Shown: positions 49,604 to 60,484 of the stretch, one piece after another
Layout: each line of letters begins with the position of its first letter
How positions within the stretch are numbered: position 1 is the stretch's first letter
Origin: Candidatus Omnitrophota bacterium
GTDB taxonomy: Bacteria > Omnitrophota > Gorgyraeia > JABMRG01
Direction: 5' to 3'
Length of the DNA stretch: 64,000 nucleotides
Assembly: GCA_028716165.1 (NCBI GenBank)
Contig: JAQUQI010000002.1
Location: 10,431-74,430, forward strand
Made by a program: the position numbers and the translations under genes
The notes under the pieces: generated by a model
The model's database searches: none
The model's input: the letters and a program-made list of their open reading frames with translations, nothing else
Told to the model about the DNA's origin: nothing

Positions 49604-51724
49604 ATGTGTTATTACAAGCTGCATTATATAGCAGGTTCCGTGTTTACGCTTCTTATTACCCTTCTGCTGGGAAGCCTGATCTATTTTAGAGGCAGAAGGG
49701 GCGAGGTTGTGAGAAGTTACTACCTGTTAATGCTTTCCATCGCGGAATTTTCATTGTGCACTTTATTGTTCTGCTTGTTTAATGATAAAGACTATACCCT
49801 GTTTTTCGCCAGGGCCTCTTATATAGGGGTTTCCTTTGTGCCCATATTTTATTTTCATTTTATTATAAAACTTATGGGGTTGACAGAAAAGATCAAAAGG
49901 GTCCTGTCTGCCGGTTATATTCTGGCGGTTATTTTTTCCGGGTTGAGTTTTTCACCGTTAATCGTTAAAAGTATATCGTTCAAGCTGGGCCTGAATTTTA
50001 ATGATCCCGGCGTGCTTCATCCCGTATTTATGTTGTTTTTTGCCGGGTTCCCCGCTTACGCGCATTATCTCATGGGCAGGTCTATCGGCAGGTTAAGCGA
50101 TATAGGCAAACGCCAAATGAAGTATGTCACGATAGCCGGCATATGCGGCCTAAGCGGCGGCAGTTTAATGTTTTTTACGGTTTACGGTGTATCTATTCCC
50201 ATAATAGGGCCTATGGCCTTATACTTTGTCGCTCTTGCCAATCTCTTTGTTGCTATAGCAACGTATGTGGTACGCCTTATGGGTGTTGAGGTCATAAGGA
50301 GAAGGACGCTGATATTTTCAATTCTCTATGGAGCGAGTGTCGGCAGTTTTGTAGCGTTTGTTTTTATCCTGCAAAGACATTTATCAGCTTCTTTTAATGT
50401 GAACAGATGGATACTGCCTGTGGCCGCGGTTTTTATTTTGACAGTTTTTATAAGGCCGTTAGAAAAATTTCTTGCCGGATTTACCGACGCGTTTTTATAC
50501 CAGCGCGGATACGACTATATGCTGGTTTTAAGAAACGTCGCCAAAGGTATGACGCTTATAACCGATACAAGAAAACTCCTGAACCTTATGGTAAGGTTTA
50601 TATCAAAAGAAGTAAGGATAACCGGCAGTTCGGCTTATATTTTCAATAAAACGCTGAATTCATATATCAGGGAAGTCCGCAGAGGTTTTAAAGGCCAGCA
50701 GACCCTGGAAAGAGTGGATGCCGACAACCCTCTTGTTAAATGGCTTATGGAAAAAAGAGAGCCTATAAGTTATGAAAGTGTTTTAAGCTGGATCCAGGGC
50801 GACAGGATTTTTCCGCAGAGGATTATTCTTAAAAAGACTCTTGACCATATCCGGGTGACCATGGAAAAGACCGGTGCCGTATTATGCGTTCCGAGTTTTT
50901 TAAGAGGCCAGATGATCGGTTTTATAGTGCTTGGCCCTAAGCTATCGGGCAATATCTATACGAGCGATGATTTTTCACTTTTATCCACCCTGGCCAATAA
51001 TGCGGCTATTGCCTTTGAGAACGCGCGCATGTATGAAGAGCTTACGGAAAGAATATATAAATTAGACGCTTTATATAAAGAAGAGCACGCGTTGTTTTTG
51101 GACGCGGCCTCGGCATTTAGCTTTGCTATTGATTCCAAGGACGGGTATACCTATGCCCATACCCGCAGATTAAGCAATTACGCGATGGCTACGGCCAAGG
51201 AACTTGAAAAACTTTTGCCGTATATTAACTTTAATGATTCTTTTTACGAGACGCTTCATATCGCGTCACTTTTACATGATGTGGGCAAGATAGGTATACC
51301 GGACAGGATACTAAAAAAACGTTCGGCCCTGACAGACGAAGAAAAGGAAAAATTCAAAGAGCATGTTACTATAGGCCAAAATATCTTAAAGCCCATTAAA
51401 GAAATAGGAGACAGCTTTGATGTTATACGGCACCATCATGAAAACTTTGACGGCACAGGCTATCCCGACGGATTAAAAGGCAATGCTATACCCATGGCGT
51501 CCCGCATTATAGCGGTTTGCAATGGCTTTGACATTATGACTTCAACCTATCTGGAAGGCGAGCCTGTTACCAGACAGCAGGCCATAGAAAAGCTTAAGGA
51601 AAAAAGCGGGAGCTTTTTTGACCCCGTGATAGTTGACGCTTTTATTGCCGCTTATGCAAACAAGGAATATGCCGGATTTTTTCTTGATATACCCACTGAT
51701 AGCGTTAAAAACCGGACATTTTAA
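49604..51724 (+). CDS. Membrane sensor HD-GYP phosphodiesterase, paralog
   Basis: Same architecture as the upstream gene (AHTRRL, LHDVGKIG, HHHENFDGTGYPDGL). GC is uniform and host-like. Confidence 0.8.
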   Translation: MCYYKLHYIAGSVFTLLITLLLGSLIYFRGRRGEVVRSYYLLMLSIAEFSLCTLLFCLFNDKDYTLFFARASYIGVSFVPIFYFHFIIKLMGLTEKIKRVLSAGYILAVIFSGLSFSPLIVKSISFKLGLNFNDPGVLHPVFMLFFAGFPAYAHYLMGRSIGRLSDIGKRQMKYVTIAGICGLSGGSLMFFTVYGVSIPIIGPMALYFVALANLFVAIATYVVRLMGVEVIRRRTLIFSILYGASVGSFVAFVFILQRHLSASFNVNRWILPVAAVFILTVFIRPLEKFLAGFTDAFLYQRGYDYMLVLRNVAKGMTLITDTRKLLNLMVRFISKEVRITGSSAYIFNKTLNSYIREVRRGFKGQQTLERVDADNPLVKWLMEKREPISYESVLSWIQGDRIFPQRIILKKTLDHIRVTMEKTGAVLCVPSFLRGQMIGFIVLGPKLSGNIYTSDDFSLLSTLANNAAIAFENARMYEELTERIYKLDALYKEEHALFLDAASAFSFAIDSKDGYTYAHTRRLSNYAMATAKELEKLLPYINFNDSFYETLHIASLLHDVGKIGIPDRILKKRSALTDEEKEKFKEHVTIGQNILKPIKEIGDSFDVIRHHHENFDGTGYPDGLKGNAIPMASRIIAVCNGFDIMTSTYLEGEPVTRQQAIEKLKEKSGSFFDPVIVDAFIAAYANKEYAGFFLDIPTDSVKNRTF

Positions 51725-51753
51725 TTTTGGCTTGATATGGAAAGCTAATGCCC

Positions 51754-51782
51754 TTGACTTTTAACACTTTATGTGATATATT
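51754..51782 (+). promoter_or_regulatory. Sigma70-type promoter TTGACT-17-TATATT upstream of cvpA
   Basis: TTGACT at 51754-51759 and TATATT at 51777-51782, in the AT-rich intergenic region after the second HD-GYP gene. Confidence 0.4.
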
Positions 51783-51807
51783 TTACTGATATTTTATATA
51801 AAACTAT

Positions 51808-52356
51808 ATGGATATATTAAAAAGTATTAATTGGCTTGACATAATAGTGCTGATTGTGACCTTGAGGGCTGTGTATATGGGGGTCAAACTTGGCCTTACC
51901 GCGGAATTGTTCAATTTTTTTGGCATCTTAGCAAGCCTTATCTGCGGGGTAATGTGGTATAGCCGGACGGCGGACGTCCTTGTTATGAATTTTAAATTGC
52001 CTGTCTGGCTTTCGCAATTTTTATGTTTTATTGTGATTGTTCAGCTCATCAGGCTGATATTCAAATACGGTTTCGCGTTATTGTTAAAAATAATGAATGT
52101 GCAGTTTATACCGCAGCTTGAAAGGTTAGGCGGCGGAGTGATAGGTTTTGGCAGGGGAGTAATATTGTCGGGCATGATTGTAGCGGCCTTAGGACTTATT
52201 CCAAGCGATTATTTGAAAGATGCGATAGAAGAAAAATCCTTCACAGGCAGGTTCCTGGTCAAAACTGTTGAAAGCGCGTATGTATCCCTTACATTTTGGC
52301 TGCCTGAAGAGACCTCGGGTACCGCGATATTTGATCTCGCCGAAAGAAACGACTAA
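51808..52356 (+). CDS. cvpA: CvpA-family membrane protein
   Basis: MDILKSINWLDIIVLIVTLRAVYMG N-terminus and four TM helices, typical of CvpA. Confidence 0.7.
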   Translation: MDILKSINWLDIIVLIVTLRAVYMGVKLGLTAELFNFFGILASLICGVMWYSRTADVLVMNFKLPVWLSQFLCFIVIVQLIRLIFKYGFALLLKIMNVQFIPQLERLGGGVIGFGRGVILSGMIVAALGLIPSDYLKDAIEEKSFTGRFLVKTVESAYVSLTFWLPEETSGTAIFDLAERND

Positions 52357-52401
52357 ATACACAAATAGACCTGTTGGTAAAATATAATAAGGAGAGGAAA
52401 A

Positions 52402-53355
52402 TTGAAGTTAAAGGATTTTTATGACAGTGCCGTTATTGAAGGTATAAGGCGTGACCCGCGGGGCGAAAAAGGCGTCAGGGATTTTTTATTGTCCGTTAAA
52501 AAAGAATACGACGCGCTGGGGCCTTCCGGTAAGGATAACTTTGACATGGAAAGGCTTGCCAACCCTTACGCGGATACCAGGATATTATTTGGCAAACCCG
52601 GCCAGGAGATAAAAAATATCCTTGCGGGAATTGATATGGAATCCCAGGAGATACTGTTTGCCGAAATGCTTAAAAGCAAAGGCAAGGCTATAGATATGGT
52701 ACTTTCTCATCATCCCGAAGGTTTTGCTTTGTCGGCATTGCATAAGGTTATGGATGTTCAGCTTGACCTGTTAGAGAATGTGGGTGTATCCAGAAAAAAG
52801 GCTAAGAAGTTACTTGATGAAAGGATAGAAGAAGTCAGCAGGCGGACTCATTCCGCTAATATTATGCGCCCTGTGGATACAGCGGCGATTTTAGGCATTC
52901 CTTTTATGTGCGCTCATACCGTTGCCGATAACTGCGTATCGGAGTATCTCCAGAACCTGATCTCTAAAAACAAGCCAAAGACCGTCCAGGCTATTGTTGA
53001 TCTCATATCGGAAGAGCCTGAATACAAATACGCTATAAAAACCGGCACCGGGCCGCGTCTTATACTAGGCAAGCTGTCAAACCCCTGCGGAAAGGTAATT
53101 GTGGAGATGACAGGCGGCACAGGCGGCTCAAAAAAAATATTTCCGGAGCTTGTTAAAGCCGGCGTTAAGACCATAATCTCTATGCACATGAGCGAGGACA
53201 ATTTTAAGAAGGCTAAAAAGCACAAACTGAATATCCTTATCGCGGGCCATATTTCAAGCGACAGCCTTGGTCTTAATATACTCCTTGATTCCATAACCCG
53301 CGGCCAGGAGATAAATATTATCCCATGTTCAGGTTTTATAAGGGTAAAAAGATAG
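52402..53355 (+). CDS. Nif3-family (YqfO/YbgI-like) dinuclear-metal-centre protein
   Basis: N-terminal ...AIDMVLSHHPEGF and C-terminal ...ILIAGHISSDSLG match the Nif3 metal-ligand blocks. Position upstream of dnaG-rpoD mirrors Bacillus yqfO-dnaG-sigA. Confidence 0.5.
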   Translation: MKLKDFYDSAVIEGIRRDPRGEKGVRDFLLSVKKEYDALGPSGKDNFDMERLANPYADTRILFGKPGQEIKNILAGIDMESQEILFAEMLKSKGKAIDMVLSHHPEGFALSALHKVMDVQLDLLENVGVSRKKAKKLLDERIEEVSRRTHSANIMRPVDTAAILGIPFMCAHTVADNCVSEYLQNLISKNKPKTVQAIVDLISEEPEYKYAIKTGTGPRLILGKLSNPCGKVIVEMTGGTGGSKKIFPELVKAGVKTIISMHMSEDNFKKAKKHKLNILIAGHISSDSLGLNILLDSITRGQEINIIPCSGFIRVKR

Positions 53356-53380
53356 GCCGCGGTAAATACCGGGTTAAAGG

Positions 53381-55144
53381 ATGGCCAAGGATTTAGAAAC
53401 TGTTGTTGAACAGATACATTCAAAGCTTAATATAGCTGACATAATCGGGTCTTATATACCGCTAAAACGGGCGGGAAGCAATTTTAAGGCGTGCTGTCCG
53501 TTCCACCACGAGAAGACCCCGTCATTTGTAGTAAGCCCCGTTAAAGGCATATACCATTGTTTTGGCTGCGGTGCCGGCGGCGACATGATATCTTTCGTTA
53601 TGAAACACGAAAGCCTTGAATTCATGGAGGCTTTGAGGCTGTTAGCCGATAAGGCGGGCATTGATATCTCCGGCGTAAAAGGCAATTATAAACACGGCCT
53701 GCCGGAGGGAAAATCTTTATCTGGGTTGTATAATGCGAATCAGCTTGCCGCGGATTATTATAATGCGGTTTTATTAGGCTCGCCAAAGGCCGCTTCCGGC
53801 AGGAAATACCTGGCCCAGCGCGGGCTTAACGCCGTATCGGTCGGATCTTTTAAGATTGGTTATGCCCCCGCTGAATGGGATGGCTTATTGAAATATGCCG
53901 CATCCAAGGGCGTTTCAGAATCGGTCCTTGAAAAGGCCGGGCTGATTATGCCAGGCAAGAATAATGGTTTTTATGACAGGTTCAGAGCCAGGGTCATTTT
54001 CCCGATATTTGATGCGCGTTCAAGGATTGTGGCTTTTGGCGGCAGGATACTTGATGATTCACTGCCTAAGTATATGAACTCTCCCGAAAGCCAGCTTTAC
54101 GTTAAAGGCAGGCATCTATACGGTTTGAACCTTGCCATAGACGAGATCAGGAAGAAGGATTATATAATTATTGTAGAAGGGTATTTAGACCTCATACTTC
54201 CATTCCAGAACGGTATAAAAAACATCGCGGCCACACTGGGAACAGCCCTTACCGTTGAACAAATAAGGCTTATAAAAAAGTTTACGAATAACGCGGTCAT
54301 AGTATATGATGCCGATGCCGCCGGTGAAGCAGCGTCGTTGAGGGGGCTGGACATGCTTGTTTCCGAAGGGCTTTTTGTAAAAGTTGCCACTCTGGATAAA
54401 GGCTCTGACCCCGATAGTTATGTCCGGCAGTATGGCGCTGAAAAGCTTGTAAACGTCATAGAAGGCGCCCCCGATCTTTTTGACTACAAGCTGGGATTAT
54501 TGCTTAATAGGTACGATCCGGCAAAATCCGAGGACAAGGCCCGCATAGCTTCGCAGATGCTTCCGACAATAAAGAAAGTAGAAAACAGCGTGCTAAGGTC
54601 CGACTATATAAAAAGACTGTCAAGGGCGCTTTTTGTGCAGGAAAATGTTTTGCTTGATGAATTATCAAAAATAAAATCCGATTATTCTTTTACCGAACAA
54701 ATAAAAAGTGAACAGCCCGCGAACAGCATACCCCCGGCTGAAAAGATAATTATCAGCCTTATGATGGAAGATGAAGCAATAGCCCGCAACGTCAGGACAG
54801 TGCTTGACAGGGAAGAGTTTGCCAACGAGGACATACGCGGAATAGTGGATGTTATATACTGCCTGCTTGACGAGAAAAAGATACCTAACGGGCGTAAGGT
54901 GATTGAACGGGTAGGAAATGAAAGGCTCGGCAGTATAATTTGCGAAGCCTTTGAGGAATCTGAAAAACTTATTGACAGGCGTAAGACGCTTCACGACTGC
55001 GTTGTCCGCGTGAAACGGGATTGCTTAGCGCGCAAGAGGCAGACCCTGACTCTGATGATAGGACAGGCTGAAGCCAAAGGAGACGATGCCGGGCGCATGA
55101 GGCTTATAAAACAGTTTGACGCGTTAAAGAACGAGAGGATTTAA
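53381..55144 (+). CDS. dnaG: DNA primase
   Basis: Zinc ribbon ([30 protein letters not shown]) and a TOPRIM domain (EGYLDLI, YDADAAG). Confidence 0.9.
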   Translation: MAKDLETVVEQIHSKLNIADIIGSYIPLKRAGSNFKACCPFHHEKTPSFVVSPVKGIYHCFGCGAGGDMISFVMKHESLEFMEALRLLADKAGIDISGVKGNYKHGLPEGKSLSGLYNANQLAADYYNAVLLGSPKAASGRKYLAQRGLNAVSVGSFKIGYAPAEWDGLLKYAASKGVSESVLEKAGLIMPGKNNGFYDRFRARVIFPIFDARSRIVAFGGRILDDSLPKYMNSPESQLYVKGRHLYGLNLAIDEIRKKDYIIIVEGYLDLILPFQNGIKNIAATLGTALTVEQIRLIKKFTNNAVIVYDADAAGEAASLRGLDMLVSEGLFVKVATLDKGSDPDSYVRQYGAEKLVNVIEGAPDLFDYKLGLLLNRYDPAKSEDKARIASQMLPTIKKVENSVLRSDYIKRLSRALFVQENVLLDELSKIKSDYSFTEQIKSEQPANSIPPAEKIIISLMMEDEAIARNVRTVLDREEFANEDIRGIVDVIYCLLDEKKIPNGRKVIERVGNERLGSIICEAFEESEKLIDRRKTLHDCVVRVKRDCLARKRQTLTLMIGQAEAKGDDAGRMRLIKQFDALKNERI

Positions 55145-56841
55145 TGTCCAGAAAAAAAACGGTGAAAAAGAAAAAACGTTTTATAGGCGGTAAAAAAAAG
55201 AAAAAGATAAAGCCGGAAACTGACGCCGGGCCCCATCCGCGCGGCAGGGGGGAAACGGTATCTGTGCCTTCTCGCGGGAAATCGGAGGCCGGACCGGACT
55301 TGGCGCAGAGAGCTATTTCAGCGGCAAAAATTAAAGAGCTCATAAGCCTTGGCAAGTCCAAAGGCTATCTTACCTTTGACGAGATAAATCAGATATTACC
55401 AGAAGACGTAACATCATCCGAGGACATAGACGAGATACTCTCAACCCTTGACAGGGAACACATTGAGCTCCTTGATTCGGAATCGGCCCGTGAAAAAAAC
55501 AAGGCCGCCGCGCCCGCGCTTTCCCCCAGGTCGGACGGCCCCATGGATGATCCTGTCAGGATGTATCTTCGTCAGATGGGCCAGATACCTCTTCTTTCAA
55601 GAGAAGACGAGATAAGCCTGGCCAAAAAAATAGAAGAAGCTGAAAACGGTTTCCGGGACGTTATATTTGATTGCAAATTGAGCGTTGAGTATGTTAAGGA
55701 GTTGGCGCAAAAAATCGTCAGCGAACAATTGAATCCGGAAGACTATGTAAAAGAAGATCTGGCCCCTGCCAAGATAAAACCCGTTACGCGTATCGCGAAA
55801 CTTCTGGAAAAATTAAAAAGGACAAAAAGTCAAAAGACCGTAAAAGAGCTCCTGTGCAAATTCGGACTTGTTACCACGTTTATAGAGGAAATGAGTTCCC
55901 GGATCAAGATCCACGCGGAACAGATTGAGAGGATACAGAAAGAAGCGGCCAGGCTTAAGAGGCTGCGAAGATTTGCGCAGGTTTCGGCCTATAATAAAAA
56001 TATAAAAAAAATAGAAAAAGAATTCGGTTTCAGCCAGGACAAGATCAGACAGCTTATATTCAACATAAAAAAAAGAGAGGCGAATTTCCAGAAGACAAAA
56101 AAAGTCCTTGTGGAGGCGAATTTAAGGCTTGTGGTTTCAATCGCCAAAAAATATACCAACAGGGGCCTTTCATTTTTGGACCTTATACAGGAAGGCAACA
56201 TAGGCCTTATGAAAGCTGTTGATAAATTTGAGTATAAGAGAGGTTATAAATTTTCAACATACGCGACATGGTGGATACGCCAGGCTATTACGCGTTCAAT
56301 TGCCGATCAGGCCCGGACCATAAGGATACCTGTGCATATGACGGAAACCATAAACAGGCTTGTCAGAGTGTCCAGATCGCTTGTGCAGGAGACGGGCAGG
56401 GAACCTACGCCGGAAGAGATAGCCCGCCATATGGACCTTTCCGTTGAGAAAGTAAGAGGCATTTTAAAAATAGCCCAGGAACCGATATCACTGCAGACTC
56501 CGGTCGGGGATGAAGGCGATACGCATTTCGGCGATTTTATAGAAGACAAGAGAGCCATGTCGCCTGCCAGCGCCACCGCTTATTCAATGTTAAAAGAACA
56601 GATGGACGGTGTCCTTGACACGTTGACGGACAGGGAAAAACAGGTATTGAAATTAAGGTTTGGTATAGGCGATGGTTATCCCAGGACGCTGGAAGAGGTA
56701 GGCACTATATTTCACGTTACCAGGGAAAGGGTAAGGCAGATAGAGGCCAAGGCCCTGCGCAAACTCCGTCACCCTATACGCAGTAAAAAGCTACGCAATT
56801 TTCTTGATTTGTCTTATAGTGAGGAAAGGGAGATATTTTGA
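55144..56841 (+). CDS. rpoD: RNA polymerase sigma factor RpoD (sigma-70/SigA) with a Lys-rich N-terminal extension
   Basis: Regions 1.2-4.2 are present ([11 protein letters not shown], ...[27 protein letters not shown]..., ...[17 protein letters not shown]). Start overlaps the dnaG stop (TAATG). Confidence 0.9.
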   Translation: MSRKKTVKKKKRFIGGKKKKKIKPETDAGPHPRGRGETVSVPSRGKSEAGPDLAQRAISAAKIKELISLGKSKGYLTFDEINQILPEDVTSSEDIDEILSTLDREHIELLDSESAREKNKAAAPALSPRSDGPMDDPVRMYLRQMGQIPLLSREDEISLAKKIEEAENGFRDVIFDCKLSVEYVKELAQKIVSEQLNPEDYVKEDLAPAKIKPVTRIAKLLEKLKRTKSQKTVKELLCKFGLVTTFIEEMSSRIKIHAEQIERIQKEAARLKRLRRFAQVSAYNKNIKKIEKEFGFSQDKIRQLIFNIKKREANFQKTKKVLVEANLRLVVSIAKKYTNRGLSFLDLIQEGNIGLMKAVDKFEYKRGYKFSTYATWWIRQAITRSIADQARTIRIPVHMTETINRLVRVSRSLVQETGREPTPEEIARHMDLSVEKVRGILKIAQEPISLQTPVGDEGDTHFGDFIEDKRAMSPASATAYSMLKEQMDGVLDTLTDREKQVLKLRFGIGDGYPRTLEEVGTIFHVTRERVRQIEAKALRKLRHPIRSKKLRNFLDLSYSEEREIF

Positions 56842-56946
56842 TCTCTTATCTGCGCCGGGTTTGACGTAGGCCGGGCCAAAAGGACCCGTTCGGGGTATGC
56901 AAAGGTATTTTTGGATTATAACGTATAAAAATCAAGGAGAATACAT

Positions 56947-58266
56947 ATGACCAAGCAGGAGATATTGGAGGTAACCAAAAAGAAAAGAATAGCTTTTTTG
57001 CGTTTGTGGTTTACGGATGTCCTGGGGTTCTTAAAAAGCTTTGATATCCCCGTGCAGGAATTACCCCACGCCCTGGACGAGGGCATGGGTTTTGACGGTT
57101 CATCAATAGAAGGTTTTTCCCGCATAGAAGAATCCGACATGGTTGTAAAACCCGATATCTCTACTTTTCAGGTCATGCCCTGGCCCACGCAGGAAGGGCC
57201 TGTGGCGCGGATGTTTTGCGATGTGGTTGAACCCGGGGGCAAACCCTTTGAAGGAGACCCGCGTTATGTTTTGAAAAGGAATATCGCCGAAGCCAAAAAA
57301 ATGGGTTACACGTTTAATGTAGGCCCCGAGCTTGAGTATTTTTATTTCAGGAACGCCAAAGGCACGGAAATACTTGATAAAGGCGGATATTTTGATTTGA
57401 CGCCTATGGACATAGGCCAGGACCTGCGCCGCAGGACTGTCCTTGCCCTTGAAAAAATGGGTATTGAGGTAGAATACTGGCATCATGAAGTGGCTTCGTC
57501 TCAACACGAGATAGACCTTCGTTATAACGAAGCCCTGCTCATGGCTGATAACGTTATGACATACCGCATGATCGTAAAAGAAGTGGCAATGCAGCAGAAT
57601 ATGTACGCGACTTTTATGCCGAAACCTGTTTACGGTATTAATGGCAGCGGCATGCATACGCATATGTCGCTGTTTAAGGGAAAGAAAAACGCTTTTTTTG
57701 ACAAAAACGACAAATATCATCTTTCGGACACGGCCAAGTATTTTATTGCCGGGCTTTTATTGCATGCCAGAGAGATATGTTCCGTTTCATGCCAATGGGT
57801 CAATTCTTATAAAAGGCTTGTGCCCGGGTATGAAGCGCCTGTTTATGTATCATGGGCGCACAGGAACAGGTCCGCGTTGATACGTGTGCCTATGTATAAA
57901 CCCGGCAAAGAAACGGCGACAAGGATTGAGATGAGAAACCCCGACCCGGCGTGCAATCCTTATCTGGCGTTTTCCGTTATGCTCGCGGCCGGCCTTGAGG
58001 GCATCAGGAAAAAATATAAACTTCCGAAACAGGTCACTAATAACATATATAATATGACTGAAAGCGAAAGAAAGGCCCAGGGCATAGAATCCCTGCCCGA
58101 TGACCTTTACGATGCCGTGAAGATAACTGAAAACAGCTCTCTTGTCAGGGCTGCCCTCGGAGACAAGGTATTTGAGTATTTTGTAAGAAATAAAAAAGAT
58201 GAATGGGACGAATATAAGAAACAGGTCACAAAACATGAACTTGACCGCTATTTGGCCATTCTTTAA
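56947..58266 (+). CDS. glnA: Glutamine synthetase (type I-like, 439 aa)
   Basis: GS beta-grasp and catalytic domains (FDGSSIEGF, ...NGSGMHTHMSLF..., the RVP region). AGGAGA SD. Confidence 0.9.
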   Translation: MTKQEILEVTKKKRIAFLRLWFTDVLGFLKSFDIPVQELPHALDEGMGFDGSSIEGFSRIEESDMVVKPDISTFQVMPWPTQEGPVARMFCDVVEPGGKPFEGDPRYVLKRNIAEAKKMGYTFNVGPELEYFYFRNAKGTEILDKGGYFDLTPMDIGQDLRRRTVLALEKMGIEVEYWHHEVASSQHEIDLRYNEALLMADNVMTYRMIVKEVAMQQNMYATFMPKPVYGINGSGMHTHMSLFKGKKNAFFDKNDKYHLSDTAKYFIAGLLLHAREICSVSCQWVNSYKRLVPGYEAPVYVSWAHRNRSALIRVPMYKPGKETATRIEMRNPDPACNPYLAFSVMLAAGLEGIRKKYKLPKQVTNNIYNMTESERKAQGIESLPDDLYDAVKITENSSLVRAALGDKVFEYFVRNKKDEWDEYKKQVTKHELDRYLAIL

Positions 58267-58280
58267 AAGGAAACCTTATT

Positions 58281-59477
58281 ATGCGTAATGATGCTGTTGA
58301 AAAAGCTAAAGAAAAATTTGCCGCTATCGTTAGAGAGCAGATGGAACGCGTAGAAAGGATGAAGAATCCCGGGCAAAGGCTTGATTATTCAACGTTGTCG
58401 CCGATTATCATCGGCATATGCCCCGGTGACGGCATAGGCCTTGAGATATCAAAACACGCGCGGGCGATTCTGGCGCATGTATTACGCGATGAGGCCCGCG
58501 ATAAAAAAATCTCTTTTAGAGAAATACATGATCTTACTATAGAGAACAGGGCAAAGCATAATAAGGCTATACCTGATAATGTTCTTGACGAACTCAAGAA
58601 TTGCCACGTAATACTGAAAGGCCCTACCACAACGCCTCAAGCCGGAGGCAAATGGCCTAATATAGAAAGCGCTAATGTCGCTATCAGAAGACAGCTTGAT
58701 CTGTTTGCCAATGTGCGTCCGGTCAGGATACCTAAGGAAAAAATAGACTGGATTTTTTTCCGCGAAAATACGGAAGGCGCTTATGTGCTCGGTTCCAGGG
58801 GTTTTGATATTACTGATGATATAAGTATGGATTTTAGCGTGGCGACACGCCAGGGTTCGGAAAGGATTATCAGGATGGCTTTTGAATATGCCCATAAGAA
58901 TAATATAGGCCGTGTTACAGTGGTAACAAAGTCAAACGTGATCAAGACAACGGACGGCCGCTTTTCCAGGACAGCGGGCGAGATAGCAAAAGAATATCCC
59001 AAGATCAAATTGGATGAGTGGTATGTGGATATTATGTCCGCCAAGCTTATAGACCCGGAAAGAAGAAGTGATTTCAGGGTAATAGTCCTGCCTAACCTTT
59101 ACGGGGACATACTAACTGATGAAGCGGCCCAGCTGCAAGGCGGGGTCGGAACAGCCGGCAGCGCCAATATCGGGACGCGCTGGTCAATGTTTGAAGCAAT
59201 ACACGGCAGCGCGCCGAGGATGGTTGAAGAAGGCAGGCAGAAATATGCCGACCCCAGCTCCATGATCCGCGCTTGTGCCATGCTTTTAAGGCATATCGGT
59301 TATCCAGCGCCTGCTGAAAGAATAGACATGGCCCTTGACGTCTGCGGTAATGATAAAAAAATGCTTGTAACGGGAAGGAGCACCGGTATTACCGGTGAGC
59401 GGTTTACGGAAAACGTTCTTAACTTTGTTGATAATCCGGGCCTTAAGGATATTTGGCAAAAAATAGTATTGACATAA
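58281..59477 (+). CDS. icd: Isocitrate/isopropylmalate dehydrogenase family enzyme, most similar to prokaryotic NADP-isocitrate dehydrogenase
   Basis: LKGPTTTPQAGG...ANVAIRRQLDLFANVRPVRI resembles E. coli Icd LKGPLTTPVGGG...RQELDLYICLRPVRY. Also an NLYGDILTDEAAQLQGGVG block. Confidence 0.65.
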   Translation: MRNDAVEKAKEKFAAIVREQMERVERMKNPGQRLDYSTLSPIIIGICPGDGIGLEISKHARAILAHVLRDEARDKKISFREIHDLTIENRAKHNKAIPDNVLDELKNCHVILKGPTTTPQAGGKWPNIESANVAIRRQLDLFANVRPVRIPKEKIDWIFFRENTEGAYVLGSRGFDITDDISMDFSVATRQGSERIIRMAFEYAHKNNIGRVTVVTKSNVIKTTDGRFSRTAGEIAKEYPKIKLDEWYVDIMSAKLIDPERRSDFRVIVLPNLYGDILTDEAAQLQGGVGTAGSANIGTRWSMFEAIHGSAPRMVEEGRQKYADPSSMIRACAMLLRHIGYPAPAERIDMALDVCGNDKKMLVTGRSTGITGERFTENVLNFVDNPGLKDIWQKIVLT

Positions 59478-59515
59478 TTTCGTTTTATGCTATATTACCT
59501 TGTATGTACGACAAA

Positions 59516-59568
59516 GGTGTCTTTTTTTACGGCAATGATTGCCGGACAAAAAAGACACTTATTTTTTA
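59516..59568. terminator. Nested palindrome flanked by T-run and A-run: candidate bidirectional intrinsic terminator after icd
   Basis: GGTGTCTTTTTTT / aCGGCAATgATTGCCGg / ACAAAAAAGACAC, then TTATTTTTTA. The outer 11-bp arms pair, and the inner CGGCAAT/ATTGCCG hairpin sits between them. Confidence 0.45.
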
Positions 59569-59607
59569 TATCCTAAGTTTAAGCGTAAATTTTATAAAAT
59601 AATTTCT

Positions 59608-60444
59608 ATGAAAATACTTAAAAAAGATACTATAGCCAAATGCCTTGGGACGAAGATAACTATGCTTGTTGTCCACGCGCCTTTAATCGCGGCAAAGATT
59701 ATGCCTGGTCAATTTGTCGTGGTCATGGCAAAAGAGCAGGGTGAAAGGATACCTTTGACTGTTGTGGATAAGGACCCTCTATCAGGCGCTATTACTCTGA
59801 TCATCCAGGAGATAGGTTTTAGCACAAGGCTATTATCGGCAATGAGCGAAGGTGAACACGTGTATGCTGTAGCCGGCCCTATGGGCCATGCCACACCGGT
59901 AAAAAAATACGGTAATATAGTTTTGGTAGGAGGCGGCCTTGGTATAGCCGAATTATATCCTATAGCCGCGGCCATGAAAAAGGCCGGTAATCACATCACT
60001 GTTATTCTGGGCGCGAAAACAAAAGAGCTTTTAATATTGGAGGAAAAGATCGGCCCGGTATCCGATATCCTGCATATTGCCACTGATGACGGTTCATACG
60101 GAATGAAAGGTTTTGTGACGGGAATTTTGACGGAGGTATTAAATTCGGCCCATACAGCCGCAAAGCCATGCCTGGTTTATGCCGTAGGCCCTGTCCCGAT
60201 GATGAAATCGGTTTCAGATATCACCAAAAAATTTGGCGTAAAGACCATTGTTTCTCTAAACGCGTTAATGGTTGATGCTACAGGCATGTGCGGAGGATGC
60301 AGGGTCAAGATTGGCGGCCAGGTCAAATTCAGTTGCGTTGACGGCCCGGAGTTTGACGCTCATCTTGTGGATTGGGATGAATTGATTAACAGGTCGCGCG
60401 CGTATGCGGACAAAGAAGAGCACATATGCCGTCTGGGCAGATAG
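59608..60444 (+). CDS. NfnA/SudB-like FAD/NAD-binding [2Fe-2S] subunit (PyrK-like) of NADPH-dependent ferredoxin oxidoreductase
   Basis: 278 aa from the ATG at 59608. Ferredoxin-reductase-like FAD and NAD domains, and a C-terminal Cys cluster (CGGCRVKIGGQVKFSCVDGPEF). Paired with a GltD-like gene. Confidence 0.7.
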   Translation: MKILKKDTIAKCLGTKITMLVVHAPLIAAKIMPGQFVVVMAKEQGERIPLTVVDKDPLSGAITLIIQEIGFSTRLLSAMSEGEHVYAVAGPMGHATPVKKYGNIVLVGGGLGIAELYPIAAAMKKAGNHITVILGAKTKELLILEEKIGPVSDILHIATDDGSYGMKGFVTGILTEVLNSAHTAAKPCLVYAVGPVPMMKSVSDITKKFGVKTIVSLNALMVDATGMCGGCRVKIGGQVKFSCVDGPEFDAHLVDWDELINRSRAYADKEEHICRLGR

Positions 60445-60484
60445 CGTTTATACGGTATAATATATCAGATATTAAAAAACACCT

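Noticed and set aside
52402-53355. Alternative assignment of the 317-aa ORF as a novel protein rather than Nif3
   Set aside because: The HHP and GH...S(D/E) metal-ligand blocks and the B. subtilis-like position next to dnaG-rpoD fit Nif3/YqfO reasonably well, so it is kept as a medium-confidence Nif3-family call rather than flagged as novel.
59469-59496. TTGACA-16-TATATT promoter overlapping the 3' end of icd
   Set aside because: It overlaps the coding end of icd and is immediately followed by the terminator-like nested palindrome. It might be an nfnA promoter with a structured leader, but is equally likely a chance match. It is mentioned only within the nitrogen-module finding.
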